Made by a program: the position numbers and the translations under genes
The notes under the pieces: generated by a model
The model's database searches: none
Told to the model about the DNA's origin: nothing
Seen by the model: the letters and a program-made list of their open reading frames with translations, nothing else
Part shown: in pieces, positions 48,937 to 64,000 of the stretch
Position numbering within the stretch: the first letter of the stretch is position 1
Layout of the letters: the number at the start of each line of letters is the position of its first letter
From: Lingula anatina
Lineage: Eukaryota; Animalia; Brachiopoda
DNA length: 64,000 nt
Assembly: GCA_051362555.1 (NCBI GenBank)
Contig: CM120640.1
Coordinates: forward strand, 51,686,788-51,750,787
Reading direction: 5' to 3'

Positions 48937-51900
48937 AACGTACAGATTAAATATCGCCAAGCCTCCACTTCTATTCATTAGTGTTGACGACTATGTTTAC
49001 AAGAAAAGAATGCAAAGTGTAAAGGTTTACCATGCAATATTCTGTGCGTCTTCCATACTGCTCAAACGTCAACTGTTTAATAGCATGCACGCATGGAACG
49101 CATTTCTAAATATGGATATTTTTTCACAAAGTTGCCACATTTCTTGTCATTTCTAACCAAATACAAAGATGTGCCTTTTTTGACGTAACTAAAATAAGAA
49201 CAAAGCCTAGGAGCATAAATGAATACGTTATATAACATATACCCAAAATTAACCTGGCACCCCTACCCCATTAAATGAGCATGACCCTACATGACACTGC
49301 CGACCCCTGTGGAGAAATACATGATACTCGATATATATATATGATTTATAAATGTGCGGGGGAATACCAACAAAAAGGTTATTGAACCATTCAGTTTACC
49401 ACGTTTATCACTTAACAGCGAAAGTAAACTATGTTGGCAACATTAACTCGCCCATTTTAGACAACATTTAATTTTAGCCGTCTAATCTCGTGCAGCCCGT
49501 GTCACCTGCCAGTCCTCATTAGGCAACATTTTTGTTGACCGATTACATGGCACATATTTACGGATTTGACTCTGCGCGGTGCATGTCACCACGTATTACA
49601 CAACGTAGTGGAATGAACGCAAAGCATGTGATAAGCAGCTCTATGCTGCTGGGAGGCCACGGCAATCCGTCGGACAATTTCACAGTTTACTCAGTTTCAA
49701 CTGAGTGTGACTGTCAGTCAAATAAATGAATTGACCAGTAGACTGCAAACCGCTAGTGCTCAAACGCCATTCACACGTCGCCCCAACATCGACTATTCTG
49801 ATATAGTAGAAAAATGATTTTTGTGCGCAGTTAAACGGATCCTAATAGAATTTTTTTTTGGCGAATTTCATGAAATAATGACAAATTGATGTTTACACAT
49901 AAACAATTAAAGCAACAAACCAAAACTGTTGTTCACTTTTATAGAGTTTTTCATTCAAACACCATTTCTAAGTTTTAATGCAATAATCCAACTGTAAGTA
50001 TATTTGCTCCGTTTCTTGTGGATTTTGCTTTAAAAGCCCATTTAGAGTTTATGAACTGGAACATTACAGAGAATTTGGTGTGTCTTCTTAAATGTGTTTC
50101 TCCAGTATTTCACCCTGAAATTAATTCCACTGTTTACAAATTGGGCTGTTAACATAAATTTATAAACCAATGTACCTGTAAACTGAGTCACCTCAAATAA
50201 GCATGCAGTTGATAAAACTCACTAACACAAGTTTTGACTACCTTATACTGGAATTTATCCAGTGCATGTGCTTATCTTTCACTCTACATTGTACACCATG
50301 GGAAATTCAGTTGTTTAGAAGAATGGGATTAAATCTCATTTGATTTCTCCACACATACACTTTCAGAAAATGTAGCTGTTGATGTCAAACTTTTTGGGGG
50401 TAAACCTGACAGGACTTGTCTAAAGGAAAACTTCACTAAAATGTGAAAGTGTTTTGGTAAAACATCGACATTAGTCATGTTGTTGACAAAAACTTTAAAT
50501 TTAAAGAAAAAAATTCAGTGTACCTTAGTCATTATGTTTTTTAAGGTAATAATAAAGTCATCTACTACTAATTGCTACATGCTTCTGAATACCAAACTGA
50601 CATGAAAAATGCAAATGGAATGTTTCTGAAATCATAACTTATAAGATAAAAACTTTCGAAAACCACCTGTCATCTCAACTAAATGACTCCTTTTTAATGG
50701 GTATAACAGAAAAAACTCTACCTTATTGGATTTCAGACTTAACTCATTCTTTGCTGCTCTTGTTCAACCACTGATTGAGAAAAGGCTATTTGACAGATGA
50801 TTGAAGTATGCTGCCATCACCCTATGTTAATCTCATGTAAGCACACCTGTGCTAACCTTTAACAAACTGTTAGCAAAGAAATCAACCTAGGACAAAATAA
50901 GCTGCAAATAAGGGGGAACCCGGCCTACATGTAAACACTTACACCGTGTCATTTAATGCAGTCACACAATAGTTGCTTTTACTTCTACCTACATCCAAGT
51001 CACATATAAGAAAACATAGGATAAGGTACACTGCTAAAAGCAGGTATCAAATCTCATGAAACATACTCCGAAATACTGGAGATCAAAGGAAAACCACTAA
51101 GCATGAGCATTTCTTTTAACTTTCGAAAACAATACTGGCAAAAGGTGCTCCTTAAATCAGCAAACAGAACCTGCTCTAACAAAGAAAAGGAAGAAGGAAC
51201 TGAAATGAATTAAAATGGTTAAACTATAGATTAAAATTGTCCAAAAAGCAGATTGACCACATGTCCTGCAGACTACAAATCTGAATTTATTTTTTTTCAG
51301 TCTAGTTTAGTTTTTACTTTAAATAACATACTACACATGTACAAAAAATTACCTAAGCACAATTTTATGTAAGATGTTTCTGAAATCACGATTCTTCGTT
51401 TCAGTGCTTTATCTCAACAAAGTCAAACAGTTCCACTTCATGTTCTTGAACCCATGATCAAAACCAAATTTTCACAACACATCAAAGTCAAAAACGTGAG
51501 GCAGAAAATGCAAATGGATGTCCCGAAAAGAGAGGTGTCTTGGCATCTTTCCTTGGCGTCTTGTTGTGTCAGTATGAAGAAAGGCAAAGGATGAGGTAAG
51601 GAACAGCTTCAGGCAACTGCTTTAACTTTCTTGACCTAGGTGTTTGCTAAAGAATGTGATCAGTCTCCTGGACAGAATATAGCTCAGAGCAAATCTGCCA
51701 GCATAAGTAAATTTGTATAAAATATCCCACCCCTCTCACCAATTTCATTACAGTAGCCAAATGGTTTGATGATTGCATTGTTTCAAACTTGAAAAAAAAA
51801 ATAATGGAATCTCTATCTCTGCTTTTTTTATAAATTTGAAAAGTTATGTTGAGTTCTAATGGTTTACAAAACTTTGCATTGGAGTTCAATATTTGTAATT

Positions 51901-54900
51901 TTTAAGCATGGTACAAAATATATACAAGCATGCAAAATATGTTCAAATCCTACCTTAAAAACTTTTCTTTACTGTACAATCAGCTTGCCCATGAGCCCAA
52001 GTTAGTGTGTAGTTCCGCAGCTCTGTACTAATCACTATAAAGTGTGGTTCTCTCCATGCAGAATGCCATAGCTCTATGAATTCTTGGTAGAGACACAAAT
52101 TAGAAGAGCCCCTAAACCTAAATGCAGTCACTTCCCTTAGTGGGAGATTATTTACCTAGGCAGTATGGGATGTTATTACATAAGGCCTTTTACCAGCATG
52201 GGCCAAAACAGGAGGCTCAGGTACAGAGATTTTAATGGCATCTTTCTCAGTAAAGAAAACACAAATATCCCTCAGCCCATGCTAGGGTTGCTGAGGTGTC
52301 AGGAACTGCCAGGAAATTTATGACACTCCTTGTGATGAAGGGCCCTGTGATTTCTAAATCAACTTTGCTGATAAGCAGGGCCCTACCTGCAGTGCAAATT
52401 AAACAATATTGCACACAATACGATGAGACCCTACCACTGATTACAAAGATCTAAATGTACCAAACTCATTGCTTGGGTTTTATTTAACAATTTGAACTCA
52501 TAGTGGTATACAAGAGACTATTCACTGTAAAAACGATTTATTTGGGTTGATGAAAATGTAACATTAAATTGTCATGATCAGTTTCAATTGGCTGATTACG
52601 GAAAGCAATTCATCTAACTTAAATGCTTCTGTGAACCATTTTTTAAAAATCAAATGAATGACTAATCTTTAAATACACACAGACAAATATCCTTAAATTT
52701 CCGTAAAAAAACTGAAAAAAATTAAAAAAGAAAAACTGTCTTCATGGCTGACATTTTAAATTTTAAATCTTTTCCAGCTTTAAAATAAATGTCAAACAAG
52801 GAACACAAAACTTTTTTAAAGAATGACATAAGTGGAACCATATACTTGACATTAAATTATGACAATTTCAAAACTAAGATTATCTGATGAAAAATATATG
52901 ATATGCTGCATGACTCACAAAACGTACCAAATTATTAAATGTCAATGTCTGCTTTCCTCTGGGCTCGAGACTCTTGAAGTGCCATCTTTGAATAAAATAC
53001 TCCTTACTGTTAACAGGCTGTGATAAATAATTAAGTTTCAGGGAAATGCAATCAGTGCCTATCAGAAAGAATTTATTGAATTTTCCATTTGCTTCTCTTA
53101 AACAGGATTTCTGAAGGGCCCCATCCAAATGCCTGTGTATTGATTGTACCATATTGTCACTTAATTACCAGGGGCTGATAATAAGATGTAATAGTCATCT
53201 GGGGAGACACACTACTCAAATGGCTGCCAAAATGCCCTTTCAGAACAGTAATTCTGGTTTTACTTAGGAGCCTGGGAAAACAGGATGAGTTGGCCCCTTC
53301 TATAGCAAGATGTAATGCTCCCAAACTGTGATGCTTGTCAGTCATTCGTCAGACATCTATTCAATTATGTTCTTGTTTTTGCAAATCAGAGAGGCATAGT
53401 GCAAGATAAGGGCAAGGGGCGCCAATACTGCATCCACTGTGTGGTCTATGAAGATAAAGCAGTGTGCAGCAATTTTTGGAAGATCTCTTCATTAAGGCCT
53501 GTAATCTAAACCATGACAGAATAACAAGATGGCAGCTGTCTTTCAAAATGCCTGGTTGTGTTTGAAAAGGATGTTTTTTGTTTGCTTCCAAACTCAGAAA
53601 AATATTATTTTATCCTAAAAAAGAAAATTTCAAGTTTTTCACTCTTTGAACAGTCTGAGTGTTCTGATCTTTTTTTAAACAACTAAATAACTTATTATAC
53701 AACTTTTTTGTCAACTAAATAACCTTTCTGAAAGCATGAAATAAAATGCTTCCATTGAACATTTACAAATTTAAATTCAGTCAGAAACAGTTAAAAACTA
53801 GATAAATTATCTTTATTTCTTTCTCGATTAAATACTTGAAAGATTCAATTCAATCAAACAATATAAGATATATAGAGGAATCCTCTATAAAATGAATGCT
53901 ACTTGAAAAAAATTACGTTTTCCATTCCATCCCAAAACCCCATTATCTCTTCATAACCACACCCTGCTTTTACTGATAAACTAAAGTATTTCAGTTCTTA
54001 CAGCTTTTTAAAATACTGAATTTTATCATTAAAGGTGTACTTAAAATGATGGAGATTTGCTTTTTTCGCAGAAACCTGGAACAGTTCCATCCACGTTGAG
54101 TAAGTTTTTTTACAAAAAAGAAGGAAACCATATGGGAAGATGGAAAACACTTTTCTAAGGATGCGATTTCATTTTTGGCAAATTAAGATAGAGACCACAT
54201 TAAAGTCTTCAGGCATATAGACAGTTGAAGGGATGCAGGCAATCTAACATAAGCCTACTCTTTAGGAAATTAATCCTGCAGTGAGAGCACCTAAGAAAAC
54301 ATACAATACCAAAGCACAGCCATTTTTACCAAGAACTTGGTGATGCCATACAACACTAAAATATTTATCCTATAGCCAGCTATTCTTGAAACCACTTAAG
54401 TAATTTCATACTCTTTTAAAGTAACCTGTTAAATTAAAAAGCCATCCACCCATAAAAGATTATGGTACAGTAAATAACAAAATAAAATTTCCTGAGTGTT
54501 GTACATTTTGATGCAGGTTCATTTCCAGCAAAGGATGAAATTTCAAGGTTCTCAAGTTGGGCCTAACATCCCTCTTTTCGCCTCCACTGATTGACTTTTA
54601 TTGGTAAAAGCAGGAAATTAAGAACTTCATGGAGGTCTGGAGATGCTCAACACTGTCCATCCACAAATGTAAGTCATGGACTCTTCTAGATGTCACATCA
54701 AACATATTTTCCAACATAATTCAAAAATTGATATCATCTATTCTTTTAAGAGGAGATATATTAATACTGGATTCTGCTTCAGAATCACTAAAGTGAACAA
54801 AAGGTGTAAGGCTGATATGAAGTTAGCATCCTCTTAACGGTAAATCAACAAAGGTGAAATGAGCTGTGTATTTGCCTACTGAAATCTCAATTCAGAATCT

Positions 54901-57900
54901 ATCAACAAAGGGATGCTAATGGAATGGCTTTGTTTACCTCCTGGAGGTGGCTTTCATTTCCCCACAAATTTATTTCTCTGTGATATTTGTCAGCTATAGA
55001 TCTTACAAGGTGGGAAATCACATGTGATATCCTGCCGGAGTTGATTCAATATCTATATATACATGTAAGCTTAAAATATGTGCTCAGTACCTGACCACAT
55101 CACATCCTATTACAACCATGTCATTAATCATAAGACAATAATACCAAGATCTCACATATGATAAGCTATGATGACCCATTACCACTACCCGACAGTCTTA
55201 GCCTAATGACTTTCCATCACTGTCCACTAAATACTGGAGTACAAGTGACCATTACTTATATGTATGTTTCACGGGTCATCCAAGGTCCAACATAATTACA
55301 ATTAGCATAAGTATAATCCCATGGGATTAGTTGTGCTGTGGACAACCCAAGCGAAGACTATATTACTTCTCAGTGTAAGAATGATGACACATACTTACCT
55401 GAATCACATACAAAATTATCTAGCTGCTCACAAGGGCAGGCCGCTGCTATATGACTCCACTGTAGCTGTGGCCAGGATAAATTCTGGAGGGAAAAGGAAA
55501 AAAAGATAAACTGAGATCAAACGGTGCTTACAGTAAGGACGCAATACATGTAGAATAGGGCCTCTCTGGGTACTGAGATCAAATTAGTTGCTTTGAGCTC
55601 CAAGATAAACACCTTTGTTTGGCCATTTGCTTAGTGCCTTAGTTTGGCGCTACAGCACCAGCTATTGGTCCAACAGAAGAGAGCCTAGATAAACACAGAT
55701 CAAATTCCCATTAAAAGCTATTAGTCCTCCAATACAGGACCAAAGTTGTGACAGAGGAACAATGACAAAAATCAATAAAGGGGACTATTATATCTCAATC
55801 TGCTTCATTAGCATAGAGGCCTAATGCCCCGCCCCAGGAGTTTCCCCCCTGACCCTGCTATAGTCCTCAATGAGCAATTAGTTCCAAGCTTTACCTACTG
55901 CTGAGTGGGCTTTTAATACCTGGTTTCACCTTTTCCCGCCTTGTCACACCTGTACAAAATTACCACCAACAACGATGGCATCAGGTGAAAATCACACACT
56001 TTCGTGTGACTGACAATTATATTTCAAAGTGTTAACAGGACACACCCATTCACAAACTGGTCCTTTTACATAAAAGCATACAGTTACTAGGACATGTTCA
56101 TGTGATGAAGCAGAAATATCTAAATCTTTATGAAAATGATGGTTCATTTTTTCTTTAGGTTGACCGCTAAGGTAGCAATAGCTTTAAAATCATTAAAATC
56201 TTGCCTTTGCTCAACAACTTTAAGCTGTTTCCGATTATCTGATTTATTTCCCACAAACCAGTTGAGGGAAATTAATCTTCCTCATTCGATAAAAAAGAAA
56301 AAGACGGTATCCTTTTGATGATAACTGTAAACCACAAATCAAATAATTTACCTCATTTTCAAATTTCATCAATATAACAGTATTAAACCTGAAATCAATT
56401 GTTTTAAATTAAATCTCAAAAAAACTGCTGTCAAATTAATCACAGGAAAACTAAAGAACATTTCCTTAAACTCCAGTTTCTCCATGTACCTGATTCTCTT
56501 CAAATCTTCTTTAACTGAACAGGAGTCTTTGCTCTGATTTAAGCGCCCTTTGCCACTGCATCCGTTAACAGATTTGGCAAACATTTCACTTTCACATGCA
56601 TAAGAGTGTCTGCAAAGTTATCATAACATTGATGCTCTATAAAAGGTTCACTTTTCTCTCTCAAAAGTACTGCATTCAATAGAGATGTTGACTTAATTCA
56701 GGTAAATATGACACAATGCAAACATAGCTTTCTGTGCATTGATCAAATACGAAATAGCGGGTCTTATTTAGAGGGGACATCCATCAAATATTTAACACTT
56801 TTTAACCTATGTCACTGTTAGCATTTTGGTTTGCAATAAATGTCAATCTGCCATTAAAACTGACATTAAGAATAGTAAACACAGCTTAATTCACTCACAT
56901 TTCCCTTCTGAATCCAATAACTTTTTATTGAATAATCCAAAGAGCTTGCAAAATGTAAGTTCCTATGTTAATATTCCAGGCACTGTTGTGTTTAAAACAA
57001 TAGGATGAATAATTGATGTATCTCCACTATATCCTCATCATTCACGCACACCTAGGAGTAGCTTCCGTATTTGAATGTAGAAATCAATCCCTGCCCTGTC
57101 TGTTTGACGGCAATTTCAATACTGTGCAATCTACCACGGCTGCTACTTCTCACGGCTGACTCCAAACTGCACAAAGCTTAGTATATCTGTGACAAACATT
57201 TGGCTAAGTATCTCACAACACCTGGAATAACCTTCCATCACATAGTTATGACAGTTTTCTTTCCTGAATCATGATCCTACCTCTTACACAATAAAAATAT
57301 ATCTATGGGGGCCCTTCACCTGCATAAAAAGTCTTTAACCATGTAGAAGGGCTCTGTATTGTTTTAACAGGGCCAGAAACATGAAAATATGGCCTTGAGG
57401 TACCATCCTAATTACCAGGTGAAGAGAATAGTCAAATTAGACCTTATATGGAAATGTCAAAATGTCACAAGCATAACATGACCCAGAGATGATTTATGAT
57501 TGGACAAAGAAAGCATATCAATTTATATATCACTTCAAAGACAAATTACTAGTATGGCTGGCTCTGCATGAATAATATACACATAAATTGGTATTGTTAT
57601 TCGAAAGCCTAGTATACCTATGCATGTGAAATTACTGCCCTTACAGTCTGAAGACCTAACCCCATAGCTTACCTGAATGCTTTTGCACACTGCAGTTTTT
57701 AAACAACTCAATTTTCTTGTCACCAACACAACAGAAATTAGAAGCCTTTTTTTACTTACAAAAGCTGAAGTTTGTTCCGTAAGGAATTGTAATCTCCAAT
57801 ATGTGTTTTTTTAGCCTAAGGCTATAAATTTTCTTCTAATCATTGTCATCATGGGCTGTGCACAGTGCAGTATCATCGGTATTGTTCCTAACAATTATGT

Positions 57901-60900
57901 TGCATTTGCCCAATCCAATTTAACCATACTGCATTATTCTGGTCCATGTAACACAAAAGGCTGCCACCAAAAACTGCCATCATATCATAAGCTCAGCCAC
58001 TTTTATCTTTATTTTGTTACAGGAACCAAGTATCATAATGCAATATTTACCAAAAAAATCTTCACACAAGACTTCAGTAATTGCAACACGTAAGGAATGT
58101 TTTCATAAAACCTTTCACATAGCAGGGTATAAACTAAAATGAATGAACACCTTGAGAAAAAAGACACGCCAATAAATATTAATGAAAAGAAAAAGCTTTT
58201 CATGATCCTATATAAGTCTCTGAAAGAAATAGTTGTGTTGCACACTTAAAGCAAAGCTCAAACGTGAGCAAATCTGATTTCTCACCTTTACTAACAGGTA
58301 GCACATTTCAATCCAACTCACACTTAATTCCCATTAGCATTCAACTTGTTTGTCGGTTTCAAGAACAAATTACAAACAGCGTGGAGCACAAAATGATTTT
58401 TAAACACCAAATTCCTGTGAAGCAGCGGATAAATGACTTTCATTAATTTTCAAGGGATGCAATTTTATTGTAAGGTGCATTAAATGCTCCTGGTGTGGTA
58501 GAATTACAAAGCCAATCAATAACCTGCAGCTTACTTAGTACAATTCTATCGAGGGGCACCCATGTACATGGACCTGATTTCAATAAGTGTGCAAACACTG
58601 CCTATCTAAATCTGCCTGTTGATCAATGTAGTGAGGGTAACCCTTGGCCTTACGTGCCAACTTGACAATCACACTGAAACATTTGTCTATGTAGCAGCTG
58701 GTGGCACAGGAATGACATTCTAATAAAGCAAAAATTATCATCATTGTTGTAGGTGGGTCATATGGCTTGAGATTTAAGTGCTATAAATTGACCAGAACCA
58801 ATTTTGTTATAAAATCATACATTTAAAAAATGCTTTTGTTGTTAGGTTTTTATTCTATTCCAACTTTTGACAAAAAAAATCCAAAATTGAACAAACACAC
58901 TTCAATAATCACATTAAAATATGTGAAGAACCTTTACAACTGCTGTATAATCCAAATCATATATAAATCTTTCTATAACACAGTTAATATTTATACAAAT
59001 GTAATTCTTTTTTGAATGGTTCACCTGCACATTATTTCCATCTATCTAATAGGAAAATTCACAGTAACTTAACTGACAACCACAGGAGGAAAAACAGTTT
59101 ATTAAAGTACCCTATGAATATTCTTCAAAATTTCATAATAAATTTTCACAATATGTTCTTTAGTTCTTTGTAAAGAAATCAACTCTGTGTTTTCTTTCCT
59201 TATCCACTGCCATGAATGAAAGACAGCAGTCAAACACAAACAACAAGCCATTCAATTAGTGTCTGACTGTCACTACACTGATGCCCCATGGCTTGGTATC
59301 TCTATTAGCAGTAAGAAGATAGCATTAACAATAACCTATACACAAGCCACCCACCTCTCCTATCCTTTCTTCTCCTCTCCTAATGTCTAAAACTGGAAGA
59401 AAAAACTTCCTTGCCTTCTCTGCCAGTTGACATCTATATCTATTTTATGCTATGGACCCAGAAATTAAGTCTGGCAGTACATTTAATATTTGCATAATGA
59501 CACTATTCTCATCAAACTTTTCAATTAATCAGATCAAATGACAGTTCTGATGGATGTCAGCGTGCCAATCCGACTCTTTCTGTTGTGAAAGGAGGCGTCT
59601 ATCTTCTCCAATTTCTGAACAATCTGCTCCGTGTCTGATGGAACAATTTCAACACTTTTAAAGTTTAAATTCTGTGCACGATTTTTTTTTTGCTCATCTC
59701 CTGACTATGTCACTCTACTAATGATGCTAAGATAAGATGTTGTACAAGACATGCCATGCCTACCTGCAACTCTACTAAGATATGGATCTCTCCTGTGAGG
59801 CTACAACAATGCAGCAGTCAAGCACAGCTAAAACTCACCTACTGACAAGTACAGCACCACGGAATGCTGAACTGATGGCCCACGCTTAAAGGCAGTAATC
59901 AACTACAACTGTCTCTTGCCCCAGAAGCACATGAACCTCCTGCTCCCTGCTGTAGTGGGAAATTCAAAACAAATAATATTGTGACTACGTCTGGTGTATA
60001 GATGTTTATTTTTCCTTTTCTCATTGGGAAATTTCCCCCTAAAAATGTTCCAGTTGCCTTGAAACAGGTTTTCTAAACTTGAACCAATTTATTCAGGTTA
60101 GAATATAACCCAAAGCAGCCAAATGTAAAATTGAGCAATTGAAGTTGTTGCAGGTTGGAGTCACACTGAACCGTAAATATCTTTTAAATGGTTAACAGAA
60201 ATGCATTTGCAAGTCATGAGGATAAAAAGTTGCAGCAGATTTTTTATGTAACTTTTAAAAAATAATTTTCAATCAGTTAAAACAGAGCTCTCAGCTAATT
60301 TGGTTTATTCTTCAGCACCACACACACTGCACTGATTATCACATTTATATACAACTAAAGTAGATTTTGAAAACTTTTCAAACATTTAGATACATGTTTT
60401 AAAGTGTGAATGTCTTTATAAACTGTGAACATCTTTATAACAGAAACTAAAACTGAATTGCTGCATTGTCATTAGTATCATCACAATCAATTGCATTCAA
60501 TTTGCAGAACTAAAAAAGTTCTGGTTTTAACACATAACTGGATTGCAACAGTGACGTTGCAGGAAGCAACTACCTTTTGTAAATGTCAATCTCATAAACA
60601 TGAAAAAAATACAGGAAATGCCATTTTCCCAACAGAAAGTCAATATTCTCTCAGTTATCTATTCAGGATCAACCTAAACAGGTAATCAAATAGGTAGACT
60701 AGTATGCCTAATTACATTTGCTTGACCAAGAGATAACCTGGTGTTTTTCTAACTAATTTTTTTCTATAATGATTTTTCTGCGTCACTGAACAGTCAACAG
60801 AACTGAACGCTGCTGCAATAATTAAGTGGGTCTCAACCTGGCTGGCATCTGATTGAATTAGCCATGCTCTTCTTGTGTGTCAATGCAGATCTCCGTGTAG

Positions 60901-63900
60901 AAATAACTTGTGGAGCTCTAGTGTTAAGCTAGACCTTAAAAGCTAGTACTCAAGCTTTGCCTGGTTAGTATCAGAATAAAAAGTGAAATGAAATTTAATG
61001 TAGTTAAAAGAAAGAAATTTAAAAAGAAAGGAAGGAAGGAAGGGAGGAAGAAAAGAATAAATAAACAACTTTAAATCTGTAACTACACAACTTTTTTGGG
61101 ATTAAAGCATGGGACTTATTGTTCTCTCCCAGAAAGGCTAATGATGAATTTCATGGTTGAAGTAAACAACAATAATTCACTGCCAATATTGCATCACCTC
61201 ACGGAACTTTCACATAAGGGTTTTCCTTTGGATGGTATTTAAAGCATCTTCAATGTTCTTCCTACACCTTTGTGTCATTTTTGAAAACAACCACCATGAA
61301 AGTTCTTAACCCATTCCTAGACAACTAACTCACAGGATCCATGATCCATTTCCTGTAAGGAGGCTCCTTTACAGATAAATCAATCAACCTTTCAGGGAAT
61401 TCAAAAGCCAAGAAAAAAGCTTTGGTGCAGCACGTAGTTTGTAGGCAAGTTAATAGCATTTAACCCAGCATTTAGATTCCTGCGATTAACATTTGACTGT
61501 GGTTTGCATTTCAATAATTTCAAGCTTACTTAAAATTAAGAGCATCACCAATTGCATGTACTTCCATTTTTTCCATAATTTTTACCTCCTCCACAGTAAT
61601 ATTGATAAAATGCGTACAACTGTAAACACAAGCACTCACCGCTATAACTTTTTGCAAACGTACTGTGCATGACAATGTTGGTTATGGGTGTGCCACCTGC
61701 ACGACACAGTTCCTTAACTTAAACTATGTGACACTGAATGGTCCCTTGACCACTAAGTTATCATCCTAATGATTGGGGTGTGTCCAAATGGGTGACCACG
61801 GCAGATGCCACAAACTTAAAATAGAGTTATTACCATAAAATTGAAAAAATTGAATGAATCTAAATGGCTTTTCACAAGCAAAGCAAGCATCAGGATCAAT
61901 TGATTTTTTATACATCTCATATTCATTAGCCTTATCACTTATAGTAAAAAAAGAGAGAGACAGAGAAAAACCAGTTTGATAACTTGTTCAACTTAACAAT
62001 GTCTATCCTGTAAAAATCAATATGTGAGTATTAGAACTGGACAATCGAAAAGTAAACATTTATGACATAACTTTACCATAATGTTCACTACATGAAAACA
62101 TTAGTATATATATCCCTATTCTTTATCTAAATGCATTGCTTTTTTTCACAAAAGACTGTGATAAGGATATAATATCTAATCAATAACTCCCATCCATATT
62201 CATTTCCAGAGGAATCCCCTAATCAAATTACCCAGATTTAGCCAAAAAAAAAAAAAAGAGTAGGACTAGTAGGAGGCTAACCATGACAAAGTTCTCTCCA
62301 GGACGGCACTTGCTGATACTATCTGCCTTCCTCCCTAACCTGTCTACTTCTGTATGTTTCAGTAGTTAAGACTTCTGTATTCCATCATACCAAGATTGAT
62401 TAAAAGGAAGTAACCTAGCCTAGGATATCTAACCCAACAAACTGAGATGAATCAAGTGTTTCATGTTTTAATTTAACAAAAAAAGTACATGTGTGTCCTT
62501 AAGACCAATCCCCAGTAAAAAAGTATTTAAGACTTCTTTAATGAAAAATAGTTCAACTTCAAAGCTAGTGATATGTTTTGTACATGAACTTACAACAGTG
62601 TTAACTGTCAAACTTTAGTCCTTTATACTCATCCAGTAGCAGCACAGTACTTTTAATTTACTTCAGACATTTTATCATATTCTACGCCAAATTTACAAGA
62701 ATCTATTAGAAATATATCCATTCAATATTGCCTATTAAAAATTGTCTAATTTTATATGAACAAAGTTTTAACTGATAATGTATGTGAATATTCAAAAATA
62801 ATATCAATCAAGACAAAAGGGTGGGGTAATTCTAGGGACAAACTCTTCCATTCAAAAGTATGACAATATTAAAAAAAAATCTTTTCTCTTGATGGTCATG
62901 TATTTGTCAATCCACCTTTTCATTCATTCCAAGCAAAATTAAAAATACATTTACATGATCAACTTTTGAATTTCCTTAAGTAAGAGCCAAATCCATTGCC
63001 ATCTTTCACCATTTCAAACCTCTGAGCATGTTCTTGAATTAGAAAAATCAAGAACTGCCAATTAATGTGTGAATTAAAACAATATTTGGATTCTAAATGA
63101 AATACTGAAATATTGAAAAGTGACCCAATACAGGGTTCTAGCCCTGAACGACTACAAGTTAAAAAAAAAACAAAAACATCAAGCGTAGTCCACTAAGGTA
63201 AACCCCAATTCAATCTGCATATTCATATAGAATATTTCTTAAATACATTCTACTGAAAATAATTTTTTAAATTGTGCATTTATATTTCATTCAAATCCTA
63301 CCTTCACTACTTGTTAGATTAACCACTTATCAGTTACGTTGGTTGATCCTCAAGACTTGTTCTTCTTTTTTATCACAAATAGTAACCAAAATAAAATGCC
63401 ACGACTGCAGATGAGAACTTTACTGAGGTTGTGATTACAGTTGATGATCGGAAGCCAAGTTTTTGGGAATGATACCAAAATTCCTCTTTGTGTCACATTT
63501 AGAAGTGCTGATTGAAGTTTCTATCCTAATTCCTATCACTTCTTAGTGGTTACTTGTATGTACTGAAATTCTGCATAAGATATCACCATACTGTGGCTCA
63601 ATCAATGAAACAAAACATCTTTTATATATATGAAGTACTTCATTCTCGTTTCCCAGTCTCCTTGGAACTGTAAGCCAAGAATGTTCCGCTGGCCCTTGCA
63701 GCTGGGGCTGACAAGATAATCAGGATTTAAGACATCTTCCGCTCACAACCACAAAATTTATGAAGCCGCACTATGGAGATTTAACCTCACATTTCTATGA
63801 CCACCTATGGTCCTTCGTATGATGCACATTTATTTATGACTTTATTTTTATAAGTTAAACCAGAACTGGAACATATTTGAAATATCTGTTATGAAAGTTG

Positions 63901-64000
63901 AATTTAGAAGCTCATAAAGATGTCATAATATGGCAGACCCTGCCAGTCAATTTATGTCACATCTTACTACAGCAGACAATGGAAAAGCAATGAAAAGCAA

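Noticed and set aside
56369-56584. Protein-like minus ORF MFAKSVNG...EDLKRIR
   Set aside because: No recognisable family, weak donor, and a stop follows if spliced to the FGFRL1 acceptor.
58033-58245. Minus-strand MKSFFFSLIFIGVSFFS as the FGFRL1 signal exon
   Set aside because: Weak, wrong-phase donor; a much better exon exists at 47841-47925.
59535-59680. Short protein-like minus-strand frame (SVEIVPSDTEQIVQKLEKIDASFHNRKSRIG...)
   Set aside because: No start codon or polypyrimidine acceptor and no recognisable homology; at most a decayed relic.

Overview
AT-rich metazoan genomic DNA, probably a lophotrochozoan or mollusc-like invertebrate (inferred, not proven). It holds two complete spliced genes that face each other tail-to-tail. 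The + strand carries a canonical 3-Ig fibroblast growth factor receptor tyrosine kinase (FGFR; 16 coding exons, 7600..30872, 2427 nt, 808 aa by hand assembly). It has a probable second, alternative signal-peptide exon at 17198/17243..17333. The - strand carries the kinase-less receptor FGFRL1/nou-darake (7 coding exons, 47910..39419, 1416 nt, 471 aa, His-rich tail) with a TATA+Inr promoter near 48907. Between the two 3' ends lies a 3.66-kb non-autonomous Helentron-type (HINE/DINE-1-like) element. It has 15-bp subterminal inverted repeats, hairpins, a microsatellite and a 146-bp tandem array carrying 12 perfect DR1 nuclear-receptor motifs. It is inserted about 30 nt past the likely FGFRL1 poly(A) signal. 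No coding gene was found in 1-7.5 kb or 48-64 kb. All exon boundaries were read by hand and checked for GT-AG and phase consistency; no database search was run.
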